Source of the DNA: a virus
Lineage: Duplodnaviria > Caudoviricetes
Reading direction: 5' to 3' (one strand)
Length of the DNA: 64,000 nucleotides
Virus record (IMG/VR): IMGVR_UViG_3300028048_001915
Location: 1-64,000 of that record
The first letter of the stretch is position 1; each line of letters starts with the position of its first letter. The notes beneath the pieces were generated by a model. It did no database searches. It saw nothing but the letters and a program-made list of their open reading frames with translations, and was not told the DNA's origin. The position numbers were made by a program, and so were the translations under genes. Shown one piece after another: positions 26,449 to 36,496 of the stretch.

Positions 26449-29400
26449 TTATGCAACTCCTTTTGGATTTGGATCATATAAGTCAAGTGATTCTAAAGCA
26501 AGAATTAACATTTGTTTAGCTTCTTTTTGTGTCATGTTACGAGCATCAACAGGGATTGCACCTTCCTGAACAATAATAGTGGTGTTATTACCATTATTAG
26601 TTGGTGGTGCAGGACTTGCCATTAATCCCATTGATTGTAATTGTGATGGATTTAATGGTCCCATTGCAACATCTAATGATGGATTACCAAATCCATCAAC
26701 AACTGATTTACCTGCAAGATATGCGGATGTGTTTAATGGACCATATGAATCAGTGATTGCTTGATTAGTATATCCCATTTCTGCGCTCATTGCACGATAT
26801 ATATCTCCAGGAGAACCACTGTTAATACCATTTTTAAATGCAGCCACTATTTCTGCAGCACCATTTTGAGCAACTGATTTAGCTGCATTTATACCATTTT
26901 GAACCGCAGATGTCATGAAACTCATTTCCGCATTCATTGCATCAGCTAATTTTAAAGTAGATTTGAAACCATCAGTAACATTAGTACCTAATGATTGTCC
27001 ACCACTTGAAGCTGCACCGCTTGCACTTGATATACCTGATGAAACACTGCTTTGGACAACACCTCCTAATGGTGATAATCCTGATTGAATACCACTAACA
27101 ATTTGAGAACCAATACTCATTGCAGGAGCTGCAAATCCTCCAGCAGCACTTGCTAATGTTGTACGAATAGTAGTTAATGCAGTATTAATACTATTAAGTA
27201 ATCCATTAACATCACCAATACCAGCATTAGTCATTCCAGATAAATAATTCGCAACTTTGCTCACAGTTTCAACAGCTAATCTTACTCTTTCAGCAATATC
27301 TGGTGAAATAGTGACTCCACCAAATTGTGATAATTGTGTTCCTGCTTGTTTTAAATAACTTAAACCCACGGAAACTCTTTGAATAAAACTAAGGTCAGGT
27401 ATATTGGTTATTTGTATGCCTGCTAATTTACTGGCAACTTGATTAATTTCATTGATGGCTTTGTCAATACTGCCTTGAATATCAGTTCCGCCGAATAATC
27501 CTCCTTGAATCCATCCAACGAAACCACCATCATAACTTTGTGCTACAGATTTAATTGAATCTAAACCTGATTTTAAACTACCTAATGCATTAGAAACATT
27601 TTGTATTTTACTTCCAATATCTTGTGGAACATCGGATATAGTCCAAGTGCTTAAAGCGGAAGCTGCTTTTTCAATATCTGTTTTCACATTAGTTAATGCA
27701 GTTTGAATATCTACTCCACCGAATAATCCTCCAAGTAGACTATCCCAGTTTTGACCATCACGTATACTACGTAATGCACCAATCGCATCCCCTACAGATT
27801 TAAGGCTATTGCAAACATTTTGAATATTCTGTGCAACACTCTCAGGTAAAGGTGATAAACTAGAAAATTCCTGTAATTTACTAGATGCTTTAATAATTTC
27901 ATCTTTTGCTTGACCAATACCATCAGATATACTACTGAAATTTAATACTCCAGCAATCCAATTACTAATACCGGTGTTAATATTAGTCCAGGTCATAGCA
28001 CCCATAGCATTAGACACCGCACCAAGACTATCACTAATTGTTTTAAGATTTGTTGCAATAGATGGATCAAGTTTAACATCACCGAAACTTTGAAGTTCTT
28101 TAGCAGCTTCTTTCAATGCACTACTTGCAGTTTTTAATGGTCCAGTTATACCGGTGAATAATGTAATCATACTGTTAATGCCGACAAGTATGCTAACTCC
28201 GGTCATTGCTAGCATTGCAGCACCAATCCAAGCAAGACCAGTAGCTATCTGTTTGATTCCTTCAATACTCCCTTTTAAATCGATACTGTCGAAGTTTAGG
28301 GATTGCATGAATTCACCTAATAATTTGATGAATAGCATTGCTTCTGCAGCTATTCCTGCTATTATTGGAATCATTATTGCTACTACTGCTGCTAATGCTA
28401 ATGCAGGTACAATCATGGATGTGAATGCTGCACTTAATGATGTTGTTGCTGCTGCGGCTGCTTCTGTTCCAGCTGCTCCTGCTTCCATTGCTGGTGCTGC
28501 TGCACCCATTGCTCCAGCTGCTTCTGCAACTCCTTCAACTCCATCAACAACATCATCTATTTCTGAGACTACTTCCGTCGCTCCACGAAGACCGGAGATT
28601 TTATCTTTTAATCCACCGAAAACATCAGTAAAACTGAATCCACTAATGCTTTGGTATAATGATTTGTTTAATCCGTTTAATTTGCCTTTTATATCAGGCA
28701 TTTTAATATTTTTAATTGATGTTCCGAAACTAGATAATTTACCACTAATGGTACTGGCTACATCTCCTAATCCACCAAAACCTTTTTTCAATCCATTTTG
28801 TAATGTTTCACCAAAGCTGAAATTTTTAATGCTTGATGCTATTTTAGTGAACGGTGCTGTTATTTTTCCTTTAAAATCCAAATCTTTGATTGAGGAAAAT
28901 GCCTCTGTTAATTGGGTTTTAAATCCAGAGAATTTATTTTTAATAGCACCTGTAAAAGTCATTTGTGAAGCTTCTTCAGCTAATTCCCATTCTTTAATTA
29001 AATCATCATCAAGAAAATGACTTCCTTCTTTAAGTGCTTCAGATAATTCTTCAGTTGATTTTTTACCAAAGATATTTTCAGGGTCAAAACCAAGATCACT
29101 CATTCTAGTTTTTGTAAGTCTCTCTGCGGTTTCAGCATTGATTTTATTGATTTCTTCAAAGACACCATCTTTTTTTTCAAGTTCTTTAAGGTATTTTGCT
29201 AAATCTTTGTTTTGGTTTTTACTATCTTTTAGCATGTCTGCTGCGAACAATGCATCGGTACCAGCTTCAACAGCTTTTTCTCCTTTACCTGCACCTTTCG
29301 CAGCTTCGGCACCTGCAGCACCCATACCAGTAACATTAGCACCCATTTCTCCTGCATTACCTACAGTAGACATTGCATTACTCATACCTTTAACTGCATC

Positions 29401-30357
29401 AGTAGCATCATTAGCAGCTTCAGCAACATCACCAGCACCTTTAATCCAAGACCTTAACTGTTTAATACCTGTACTAATATCCTCAAAACCACGAACAGCA
29501 GTACTGACATTAAATAAAGCACTGTTCATTACATCAATACCCTCGCCAACAAGGAGGATACTAGCAGTTAAATTACCTCCTAAAGCATTATCTAAATCCA
29601 AGAAACCTCTTTTAACATCTTTAATCACTGGTAAGAATTCATTACCAATTTTCTTACCACCACGACTAAAAGCTTTTTGGATTAAAGCATCAAGACCTTG
29701 GTTAGTTTCCATTAACTCTTTAGTAGAACCCATTACCTCAGTAACTGCCTCCATGAATCCACGAACATCTTTCTCATCACCACTCCATTTACCAGTACGT
29801 TTTAACGCATCTTCAGATACACCGTACTGGTCTAATGCAGCGAAAGCACCTTTAATACCTTTAGACAAAGACATCATTGCAGTTTCAGCTAAAGCAGTAC
29901 TACCAGTTTGAGCTAATACAGCCGCACCAAAGTTAGCCATATCATCAGTAATATCTTTAACTTCAGCATCAGATGCACCAGTTGCGGCTTTAAATGCATT
30001 CAAAGCAGGGATTAAATCTTGCATTGAAGTTAAACTAGAATCAGTAACTTTATCAACAGTATCATATAAATCTGCAGCAGCTTCTTTAGTACTAGTCATA
30101 TTGTTAATAAGTACCTTGTTGGTTTCTGCTTTACTTGCATTACCAAATATAATATCAGAAGCAGATTTACCACTGTTAAGTGAACCTATTAAACCATCAC
30201 TAACAGTACTTAAGTTAGCCATACCTGCAGTCATACTAGCTAATGCTGCTTGGGCGGATGAAGCCATTGATTGAACATTATTATCTATTTGTCCAGTTAC
30301 TGAACTAACTTCATCTTGTGCTCTGAATATAAGCATAAGCTCTTCCATACTCGCCAT
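26449..30357 (-). CDS. Tape measure protein (1302 aa)
   Basis: Long Ala/Gly/Ser-rich helical ORF after the tail chaperones; hydrophobic stretch MIVPALALAAVVAIMIPIIAGIAA; C-terminal TTIIVQEGAI.VDARNMT. Confidence 0.9.
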   Translation of the reverse strand: MASMEELMLIFRAQDEVSSVTGQIDNNVQSMASSAQAALASMTAGMANLSTVSDGLIGSLNSGKSASDIIFGNASKAETNKVLINNMTSTKEAAADLYDTVDKVTDSSLTSMQDLIPALNAFKAATGASDAEVKDITDDMANFGAAVLAQTGSTALAETAMMSLSKGIKGAFAALDQYGVSEDALKRTGKWSGDEKDVRGFMEAVTEVMGSTKELMETNQGLDALIQKAFSRGGKKIGNEFLPVIKDVKRGFLDLDNALGGNLTASILLVGEGIDVMNSALFNVSTAVRGFEDISTGIKQLRSWIKGAGDVAEAANDATDAVKGMSNAMSTVGNAGEMGANVTGMGAAGAEAAKGAGKGEKAVEAGTDALFAADMLKDSKNQNKDLAKYLKELEKKDGVFEEINKINAETAERLTKTRMSDLGFDPENIFGKKSTEELSEALKEGSHFLDDDLIKEWELAEEASQMTFTGAIKNKFSGFKTQLTEAFSSIKDLDFKGKITAPFTKIASSIKNFSFGETLQNGLKKGFGGLGDVASTISGKLSSFGTSIKNIKMPDIKGKLNGLNKSLYQSISGFSFTDVFGGLKDKISGLRGATEVVSEIDDVVDGVEGVAEAAGAMGAAAPAMEAGAAGTEAAAAATTSLSAAFTSMIVPALALAAVVAIMIPIIAGIAAEAMLFIKLLGEFMQSLNFDSIDLKGSIEGIKQIATGLAWIGAAMLAMTGVSILVGINSMITLFTGITGPLKTASSALKEAAKELQSFGDVKLDPSIATNLKTISDSLGAVSNAMGAMTWTNINTGISNWIAGVLNFSSISDGIGQAKDEIIKASSKLQEFSSLSPLPESVAQNIQNVCNSLKSVGDAIGALRSIRDGQNWDSLLGGLFGGVDIQTALTNVKTDIEKAASALSTWTISDVPQDIGSKIQNVSNALGSLKSGLDSIKSVAQSYDGGFVGWIQGGLFGGTDIQGSIDKAINEINQVASKLAGIQITNIPDLSFIQRVSVGLSYLKQAGTQLSQFGGVTISPDIAERVRLAVETVSKVANYLSGMTNAGIGDVNGLLNSINTALTTIRTTLASAAGGFAAPAMSIGSQIVSGIQSGLSPLGGVVQSSVSSGISSASGAASSGGQSLGTNVTDGFKSTLKLADAMNAEMSFMTSAVQNGINAAKSVAQNGAAEIVAAFKNGINSGSPGDIYRAMSAEMGYTNQAITDSYGPLNTSAYLAGKSVVDGFGNPSLDVAMGPLNPSQLQSMGLMASPAPPTNNGNNTTIIVQEGAIPVDARNMTQKEAKQMLILALESLDLYDPNPKGVA

Positions 30358-30363
30358 ACTGCA

Positions 30364-30591
30364 TTACCTCATTCTTCTTCTTTTATTACGATTCTTTTTA
30401 GCTTCTTGCTCTGCTTTTCGGATTTGTCTTTGTTCTGATTTTATAATCTCACCATACTTTCTCATGAGCATGATGATGTCTAAATGATTTCTTTTGTAAA
30501 TTACTTCGCTGATAGGTATTCCAAGATGTTTACTGACACGGAAATAAACTTCTCCGAGAAAACTATCTAACAGCTGGAAATAAGTCTTCAC
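30364..30591 (-). CDS. Tail assembly chaperone, downstream (T-like) frame
   Basis: Overlaps the 3' end of 30563..31315 in the +1 frame, immediately before the tape measure gene. Confidence 0.6.
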   Translation of the reverse strand: MKTYFQLLDSFLGEVYFRVSKHLGIPISEVIYKRNHLDIIMLMRKYGEIIKSEQRQIRKAEQEAKKNRNKRRRMR

Positions 30592-31315
30592 GGAAAGTTT
30601 CAGTTAATTGTAAACGATTACGGACTTCGTGGAATAAACTTACACGGGTGGATAAGTCAACTTCTTGCCAGAATTTAATATTATCTTCAAAACTAGTTTC
30701 AGTATCATCAACAAATTCAATACGATCGGCTAGGAATTCATTGATGACATTGATAAGGAAATCATTGTCTTCTGCTTTTTCATTAATTTTATCCATGACG
30801 GATTTGTACATTTTAGTTTCTTCTGGTGACATTGGTTGTTTATTTTGAGCTTTACTGACAACTTTTCTTTCATTAATGTTTAAATCATCAAATAAACCAA
30901 ATTGGTTGTCTTGTGCTTCAAGGTATTGTTTATCAGTGAATGGTTTGATACGCATTTGTAAAAGGAATTTCTCACCATTCAAGTAATAATTCATATCTAT
31001 ACGGTAACGATTTTCATCATGGATTAATCTTAAGAGTTCAGATTGTGTTTTAACAATTTTTTCTGATGTTTCAAGATTCTTTTCAAGTTTATCCGCATCA
31101 TATTCTTTGAAAAATCCACGATAATCTTTTAATAATGATAAAATATCTTTTTGTTCTTTTTCTGTTAATTCTTCTTTATTAATACATTTATCAACTAATT
31201 TCTTCTCATCGTCTTCTAAATAATCATAAGGTAGTTTTTTACATTCTCTTGGATATTTAGTGTCCCATAAGAATTTTTCTGTTGTTTCACTTACCATAAG
31301 TCTAATCACTTCCAA
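30563..31315 (-). CDS. Tail assembly chaperone (G-like)
   Basis: Lies between tail tube and tape measure genes; helical and acidic. Confidence 0.6.
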   Translation of the reverse strand: MEVIRLMVSETTEKFLWDTKYPRECKKLPYDYLEDDEKKLVDKCINKEELTEKEQKDILSLLKDYRGFFKEYDADKLEKNLETSEKIVKTQSELLRLIHDENRYRIDMNYYLNGEKFLLQMRIKPFTDKQYLEAQDNQFGLFDDLNINERKVVSKAQNKQPMSPEETKMYKSVMDKINEKAEDNDFLINVINEFLADRIEFVDDTETSFEDNIKFWQEVDLSTRVSLFHEVRNRLQLTETFREDLFPAVR

Positions 31316-31385
31316 AAAAATAATAATAATATAATTTTTTAAAAAAAAAAATAAAAGATAAAAACATGAAAAAAATATCTTGTTT

Positions 31386-31790
31386 TTATCTTGGGTCTTT
31401 AAATCCTAATGCAATAAATTCTAAATCAAAGCCTAAACCTTCATCTTCCATAGTTGGGTTAATGGATTCGATACGGCAATGTAAAAGAGTTCCTATTTCT
31501 TTGTAGTCCCCTTCATCTCCGTAAGCATAAACACTTATCGGGAAGTTGATACGTTTAGCTTGATATTGTCTGCATAATTTTAAGAATTGTGGAGCAATAC
31601 CGTTTGCACTTCCACTATATTCGTTTTTACCTCCAGCATATCTGTAAGGGTCACGACTATTGGTGGGTGTTTTTGTATTGTTTTCGGTTGATATTTCAAA
31701 ATCAAAATCTTCACAGATGATAACTTCATTATCTAATCTTAATTCCGCTAAGTCATAGCTGTTGTCATCTGGGTCAACGGTGATAGCCAT
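31386..31790 (-). CDS. Tail tube protein
   Basis: 134 aa after the sheath gene; beta-rich, with YAGGKNEYSGS and C-terminal DLEFIAL. Confidence 0.65.
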   Translation of the reverse strand: MAITVDPDDNSYDLAELRLDNEVIICEDFDFEISTENNTKTPTNSRDPYRYAGGKNEYSGSANGIAPQFLKLCRQYQAKRINFPISVYAYGDEGDYKEIGTLLHCRIESINPTMEDEGLGFDLEFIALGFKDPR

Positions 31791-31792
31791 AT

Positions 31793-32947
31793 TTAATTAC
31801 CTCCTGCAACTGTAGCGTTTGGTGCTTCAATGTACATGCTGAAACCAATAAATAGGGTTGAGTTAACTGGTATGGATACTCCTTCAGCTAATAATCTGTA
31901 AGGATTAGTACCTGATTCAATAACTTGGATTTCGGTTCCATTCATCATATAACCATTATCTAAGAATTTATTCACGATAACATCAACATCGGTTTGACAA
32001 TAAATGATATTGACTTCGGTTTCGTTTCTTTTGATTTGATGATATAATGCAACATAGACTTCTCTGATTAATTGGTCTACGTTTCTTCTTGCATGTAATA
32101 AACAATCATTTGCCCTGCTGTCCTGACTTGCAGCAAAAGCTGTGGAAACGGCAAGGTTAATTCTTGGGTGTATTTCACTACCTGCGAGTTCATCTTTAAT
32201 GAATATAATTCCTGCAGCTTGTAACTCGTTTTCTTCAGATGGTGTACGTTTATTGAATTCACCTGGTAGTATACTTCTGAAGTCAGTGTATCCTGGTTCT
32301 TCATAGTATGGGGTGGTGAATATTTTCGCTAATATTCTTCCAAAGTATTTTGGCTCACATAACCCTAAACGAGAGCTTTGAATATATGCTTCTTGTTCAT
32401 CATCAGTGTAAGTTTTTAATTGAGCATCAGTAGCACCAGCAATAGTATAATATGCTATTCTTGGATTACCATACTCATTATCTGCTTTAATACTTGTTAA
32501 AGCACTATTCAATATAGCTAATACCTTAGCTTTATCATCTGCTTGTTTGAAACCAACATATACTTCTGCAGTTACTTCTCTTTTACTTTTTGCTAATTCC
32601 ATAGCTGCAATCCATGGTGCAGCATTAGCAACAGTAGCAGTCCCTAAGTCAATTACATAAACATAAGGAATTCCAATATCTTCTGATTCGTTTTTTCTTC
32701 CTTCAATGAAGAAATCTTCTAATACTGCTAATAAAGGATTAGTTGCAGTGTCGGTTCCTATTCCTCCATTTGCAACAGTTCTTTTAGCTGCAGTGAAACT
32801 TTTGAATTTTTGTATTCCTGGTGCAGGTGTTGAGTTTCCAGTGATACCAATGAATATTGGTATTTGTGCTCCTTCACCAGATAATCCAGGATTACTATCC
32901 CCTTCATAATATCTTACTTTTGGGGTTTCAGTGATGGTTATTGCCAT
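31793..32947 (-). CDS. Tail sheath protein (putative)
   Basis: 384 aa upstream of the tube gene; C-terminal ELQAAGIIFI...LLHARRNVDQLIREV...VNKFLDNG pattern; baseplate J and wedge genes present. Confidence 0.65.
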   Translation of the reverse strand: MAITITETPKVRYYEGDSNPGLSGEGAQIPIFIGITGNSTPAPGIQKFKSFTAAKRTVANGGIGTDTATNPLLAVLEDFFIEGRKNESEDIGIPYVYVIDLGTATVANAAPWIAAMELAKSKREVTAEVYVGFKQADDKAKVLAILNSALTSIKADNEYGNPRIAYYTIAGATDAQLKTYTDDEQEAYIQSSRLGLCEPKYFGRILAKIFTTPYYEEPGYTDFRSILPGEFNKRTPSEENELQAAGIIFIKDELAGSEIHPRINLAVSTAFAASQDSRANDCLLHARRNVDQLIREVYVALYHQIKRNETEVNIIYCQTDVDVIVNKFLDNGYMMNGTEIQVIESGTNPYRLLAEGVSIPVNSTLFIGFSMYIEAPNATVAGGN

Positions 32948-32951
32948 GTTT

Positions 32952-33194
32952 TTATTCTCCTATAAAATTTTTAATTATTTTGTTAAGTTCATCAGTGGTG
33001 ATTGATGGTTCAATGTCCTCAATACTGTAAATTTCTTCTTCAGCTTTGTATTGAGGTAAAAGACCAGCTAATGATAATGCACCAACAATAATGTAAGTTG
33101 GTGTTGGATTATCCCTAACCGCTTCATAAAGAATTAATTTCTCTTGTTTTGGTTTAGGAGTATCCTTTTTCTTATTCTCATTCTTTTTACTCAT
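32952..33194 (-). CDS. Hypothetical protein
   Basis: ORF in the neck/tail operon. Confidence 0.5.
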   Translation of the reverse strand: MSKKNENKKKDTPKPKQEKLILYEAVRDNPTPTYIIVGALSLAGLLPQYKAEEEIYSIEDIEPSITTDELNKIIKNFIGE

Positions 33195-33802
33195 AATTCA
33201 GTCTCCAATTCAAAATCAGTGAATGGTTTACCACCAATAGGATAGTATTGGTAATAATCCATGTTCAGTTTGAAAATAGTTCTTAAAACTTGACCTGTTG
33301 GATCCAATTCATCTAAATCAGTAACACTATCAACATGGAAAGTGTTTTTAACGATATGATGTGATTGGAAAAATGATTGGTAATGGTTAATATCAGGGCA
33401 TTGGTTTTTCTTTGCCCTTGCATTTGTATCTGTACGAGTTAACGCTTCGCATCTGCTCTTCAATATACTACATTCATCATCTTTATAAAATTTACAAGTG
33501 GAATAATGATTAGCTTCTGCTTGAAGTATACGATTATTCACTTGTTTTATTAATTCGTGGCGTTCCTTTTCAGTGTTACACCAGATATTAATCCATATAT
33601 TGGAAGAATATCTTTTCATGATATATTCCGCACCATCTATTTGAGCATATCTTCTGCGAACGAATTGTTCGTCAGCTTGATTAATTGTAAAACATGGAGT
33701 GCGGTCTATTTCAGAATAATTTTTAACAAAAGGAACAATTTTACCATCTAAAAATAAATGATTAGCCAGTAAATTCAAGAAAGCAGTTTCCATGGGAAAC
33801 AT
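33191..33802 (-). CDS. Tail terminator/completion protein (putative)
   Basis: Synteny; ...NIWINIWCNTEKERHELIKQV motif. Confidence 0.5.
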   Translation of the reverse strand: MFPMETAFLNLLANHLFLDGKIVPFVKNYSEIDRTPCFTINQADEQFVRRRYAQIDGAEYIMKRYSSNIWINIWCNTEKERHELIKQVNNRILQAEANHYSTCKFYKDDECSILKSRCEALTRTDTNARAKKNQCPDINHYQSFFQSHHIVKNTFHVDSVTDLDELDPTGQVLRTIFKLNMDYYQYYPIGGKPFTDFELETEL

Positions 33803-33811
33803 GATTTTTTT

Positions 33812-34273
33812 TTATAATAATCCGTTTTCTGATAAAACTTGATGATAATATTCTTTAAACTTAGGTATTGACCTATTCAATGTACGAGTAACAAATGGGT
33901 TTGCTGCAGTTCCTGGATGGTTAACTTTACGTGCAAAAACAGTGTCACCTCCAGTTTCAAAAACAAGGAACTTACCATTTTTTGGTGTGATAACATGTGG
34001 TCCTGTACCATATTGAACATCCTGCCAATAAGTACGGCCATTGCTTCTTGCATTACTATGTAGTTCACCAACTAATTTAGATGGTTTGCGTTTAGTAATG
34101 CTTCGACGAAGGTTACCTGTTTTAATTGGTGCTTCTCGTCTAGCTATATTATTGGCTTCATTCAAACCATAATCTAATGTATCACTAATCATATCAGAAT
34201 GTTTTTTACCCTTTAATCCAAGTTTTTTATAATATGATGATCCGAATTTCACATCTAAACTAAAACTAATCAT
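33812..34273 (-). CDS. HK97 gp10-like tail completion protein
   Basis: APIKTGNLRRSI...QYGT...HPGTAANPFVTRTL. Confidence 0.8.
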   Translation of the reverse strand: MISFSLDVKFGSSYYKKLGLKGKKHSDMISDTLDYGLNEANNIARREAPIKTGNLRRSITKRKPSKLVGELHSNARSNGRTYWQDVQYGTGPHVITPKNGKFLVFETGGDTVFARKVNHPGTAANPFVTRTLNRSIPKFKEYYHQVLSENGLL

Positions 34274-34620
34274 CGAGTATTCACATCTTGTTTTCTTTGT
34301 TTTTGAATAGTCATTCTTTTATGATGTATAATATGATTCCAAGTTTCTATTGAACCTAAAATACTATATTTAACACCATTAATCATTATAAGGTCAGTAT
34401 CGTAGATTTCAGTATCAATACTCATATAGACAACATAAGTATCCTGCAATATCTTACCGAACTGTTCCATAGATGATTTAGGAGATATTGGTTGAAAATC
34501 AACTTCAACAGTATCCCTTAAATTATATTCTGGTAATGGTTCACCCCATTCAGTATATTCTCCAGTTGTTTGGGAATAAGAGTAAATATCCATTATTTCA
34601 TTAGGAAAAAATGGTGGCAT
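34270..34620 (-). CDS. Head closure protein (putative)
   Basis: Synteny; DTDLIMINGVKYSILG. Confidence 0.6.
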   Translation of the reverse strand: MPPFFPNEIMDIYSYSQTTGEYTEWGEPLPEYNLRDTVEVDFQPISPKSSMEQFGKILQDTYVVYMSIDTEIYDTDLIMINGVKYSILGSIETWNHIIHHKRMTIQKQRKQDVNTR

Positions 34621-34621
34621 A

Positions 34622-35122
34622 CTATATCATCCTCGCAGTGGCATTATAGCGGTTTTTCAAATCAGTTATCATGGAATTGATAACTCCCCATTGTCCAGCA
34701 CTAGTATCTAATGAAACTGTTACTCCACCTTCACTAATGCTGGAAGCTCTTTTATCCCAACCCGGAGTATTCTCATATTCCATCATCAAATCAATGATAG
34801 CGGAATAATCCTCTTCAGGAATACAATACATATATTGAACATATAACAGGCCAGTATAATTATCATCTAAATATATTAAACCAGATTCTTCATCAATAAG
34901 ACAATCATTTAAACAGATACATTTTTTATCAATCTTTATTTTATTAATTGAATGTAATGGGTAGTGATCTAAAATTATCACATCCCCATCAAAATCACGT
35001 GTTATTTGTTTTGCAGGTGTAGGTGATAATGGTAGACCGGTTTGTACTGCTAATTGTTTGATTAATAATTCCCTTGTTGGTTCAGAATCAATAATTTCTT
35101 CAGTATTCTCTTCATTAGTCAT
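34622..35122 (-). CDS. Head-tail adaptor/connector (putative)
   Basis: C-terminal RASSISEGGVTVS...LKNRY. Confidence 0.6.
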   Translation of the reverse strand: MTNEENTEEIIDSEPTRELLIKQLAVQTGLPLSPTPAKQITRDFDGDVIILDHYPLHSINKIKIDKKCICLNDCLIDEESGLIYLDDNYTGLLYVQYMYCIPEEDYSAIIDLMMEYENTPGWDKRASSISEGGVTVSLDTSAGQWGVINSMITDLKNRYNATARMI

Positions 35123-35161
35123 ATTTTCACCTAAAAAATAAAATAATTAAAAGAATTAATT

Positions 35162-35485
35162 TTATTCTTCAATCATTACAAATTCAGCTTTATTATTTCC
35201 CGCAACAACAGTTATATTTCCATAATACTGTTCATATCCCTCTTTGATTCCAAGTAATTCATAAGTTCCTACAGGAACATTAGTTATATTACATCCCCCT
35301 GCAGAACCTGTAGTGCCCTCGTATTCATCACCAGTAATTCCATCAGAAACAAGAACATCTACACCTTGTAATGGATTACCTGATTCATCTTTAACAGTTA
35401 CATTAACATTACCTGTTTGAGGAGTATCATCAGTATTATTATTTCCGGTATTTTCAGGATTCCCCTCAAGGACTGGGATCTGCAA
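35162..35485 (-). CDS. Ig-like (carboxypeptidase-regulatory/PEGA-like) domain, probably a frameshift extension of the major capsid protein
   Basis: VTVKDESGNPLQGVDV...TGSAGGCNITNVPVGTYEL; no ATG start; overlaps the capsid gene end in the +1 frame. Confidence 0.6.
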   Translation of the reverse strand: MQIPVLEGNPENTGNNNTDDTPQTGNVNVTVKDESGNPLQGVDVLVSDGITGDEYEGTTGSAGGCNITNVPVGTYELLGIKEGYEQYYGNITVVAGNNKAEFVMIEE

Positions 35486-36428
35486 TACCTGTGATTAAAC
35501 CGTTTTTGTATTCTGCTACGTTTTGAGCAGTAACAAATGATACAATTGCATCACGTGTACCTAATTTGTTAGTTGGTAAATCAGTTAACAAAGTAGGAGC
35601 AAGTAATCTTTTAACTTCAATAGTTGCAGAGTCAACAAATAACATGGAATCTGATTCAAGATTGGAATCAATTAAGATAGGGATTTCTGCACCGTTTGGA
35701 GCTTCGTAAGCTACAACTCTGTGTCCTAAACCAATGTCTATTTTGTCATTGTATCTTCTGTAAGGTGCAACAATCTTTTTAAGTTGTTTAGCAACAAGGT
35801 TAGTAGTTACAATACAATCAGGAGTACCATTATTTTGGTCAATGATGTCAGTTAACATATCATCAATAAGGTCTTCTGTGATTGGTTCGTCAGTTAAAGT
35901 TTCTTTGTTAGTAATAACTTGGTTTACGAAACCTTTGAAATCTTTATCACTAGCAGCACCAGTACCTTGTAAGAGAGTGTTATCTAAATCGTTAGTGACT
36001 TTAATGAAACCATCTTGGATTTCAGATTGGATTAAATCAACAACATTATTACCCATTTGAGATAACATGGAAACATCAATAGGGTAGATTAATGTTTTCA
36101 TTTTCTCCATTCTTTCTTCATAAGATGAAGCTACTGCAGCTGGAATATCATCATCTTCATTAATGAATTGAGATACACCAGAACTGTTTTTCAAGTAGAA
36201 TGCAGCGTAAGTGCTACTGAAGTTATCATCCACTCTTCCTTTTGATTCAAGGAATCTGAAATATGGTGCTTTTTCAAATACACGAGTTTGTAATTCTGGA
36301 CTGTATGCAATTTGCATTGATGCTGGTGCAGCATCAGATAATTGCATAGCTTTCTGTAAATCAGCTATTTGTTTATTTTGTTTTTCGAATTCAGCTTGGA
36401 TTTCTTTCATGGTTAATTCTTCGGTCAT
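35466..36428 (-). CDS. Major capsid protein (HK97 fold)
   Basis: 320 aa after the protease; E.DDIP...SY...KTL...DVS.L...DLDNTLLQGTG...FKGF pattern. Confidence 0.85.
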   Translation of the reverse strand: MTEELTMKEIQAEFEKQNKQIADLQKAMQLSDAAPASMQIAYSPELQTRVFEKAPYFRFLESKGRVDDNFSSTYAAFYLKNSSGVSQFINEDDDIPAAVASSYEERMEKMKTLIYPIDVSMLSQMGNNVVDLIQSEIQDGFIKVTNDLDNTLLQGTGAASDKDFKGFVNQVITNKETLTDEPITEDLIDDMLTDIIDQNNGTPDCIVTTNLVAKQLKKIVAPYRRYNDKIDIGLGHRVVAYEAPNGAEIPILIDSNLESDSMLFVDSATIEVKRLLAPTLLTDLPTNKLGTRDAIVSFVTAQNVAEYKNGLITGIADPSP

Positions 36429-36496
36429 GGTTAATCCTCCAAAATATAAAATAAAATATTTAAAATTATATTAAAATGGTTAAAAATGGTTTAATT

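Noticed and set aside
28154-29911. Long + strand ORFs (28154..29020, 29138..29911)
   Set aside because: Antisense shadows of the Ala/Gly-rich tape measure gene; no SD or recognisable motifs.
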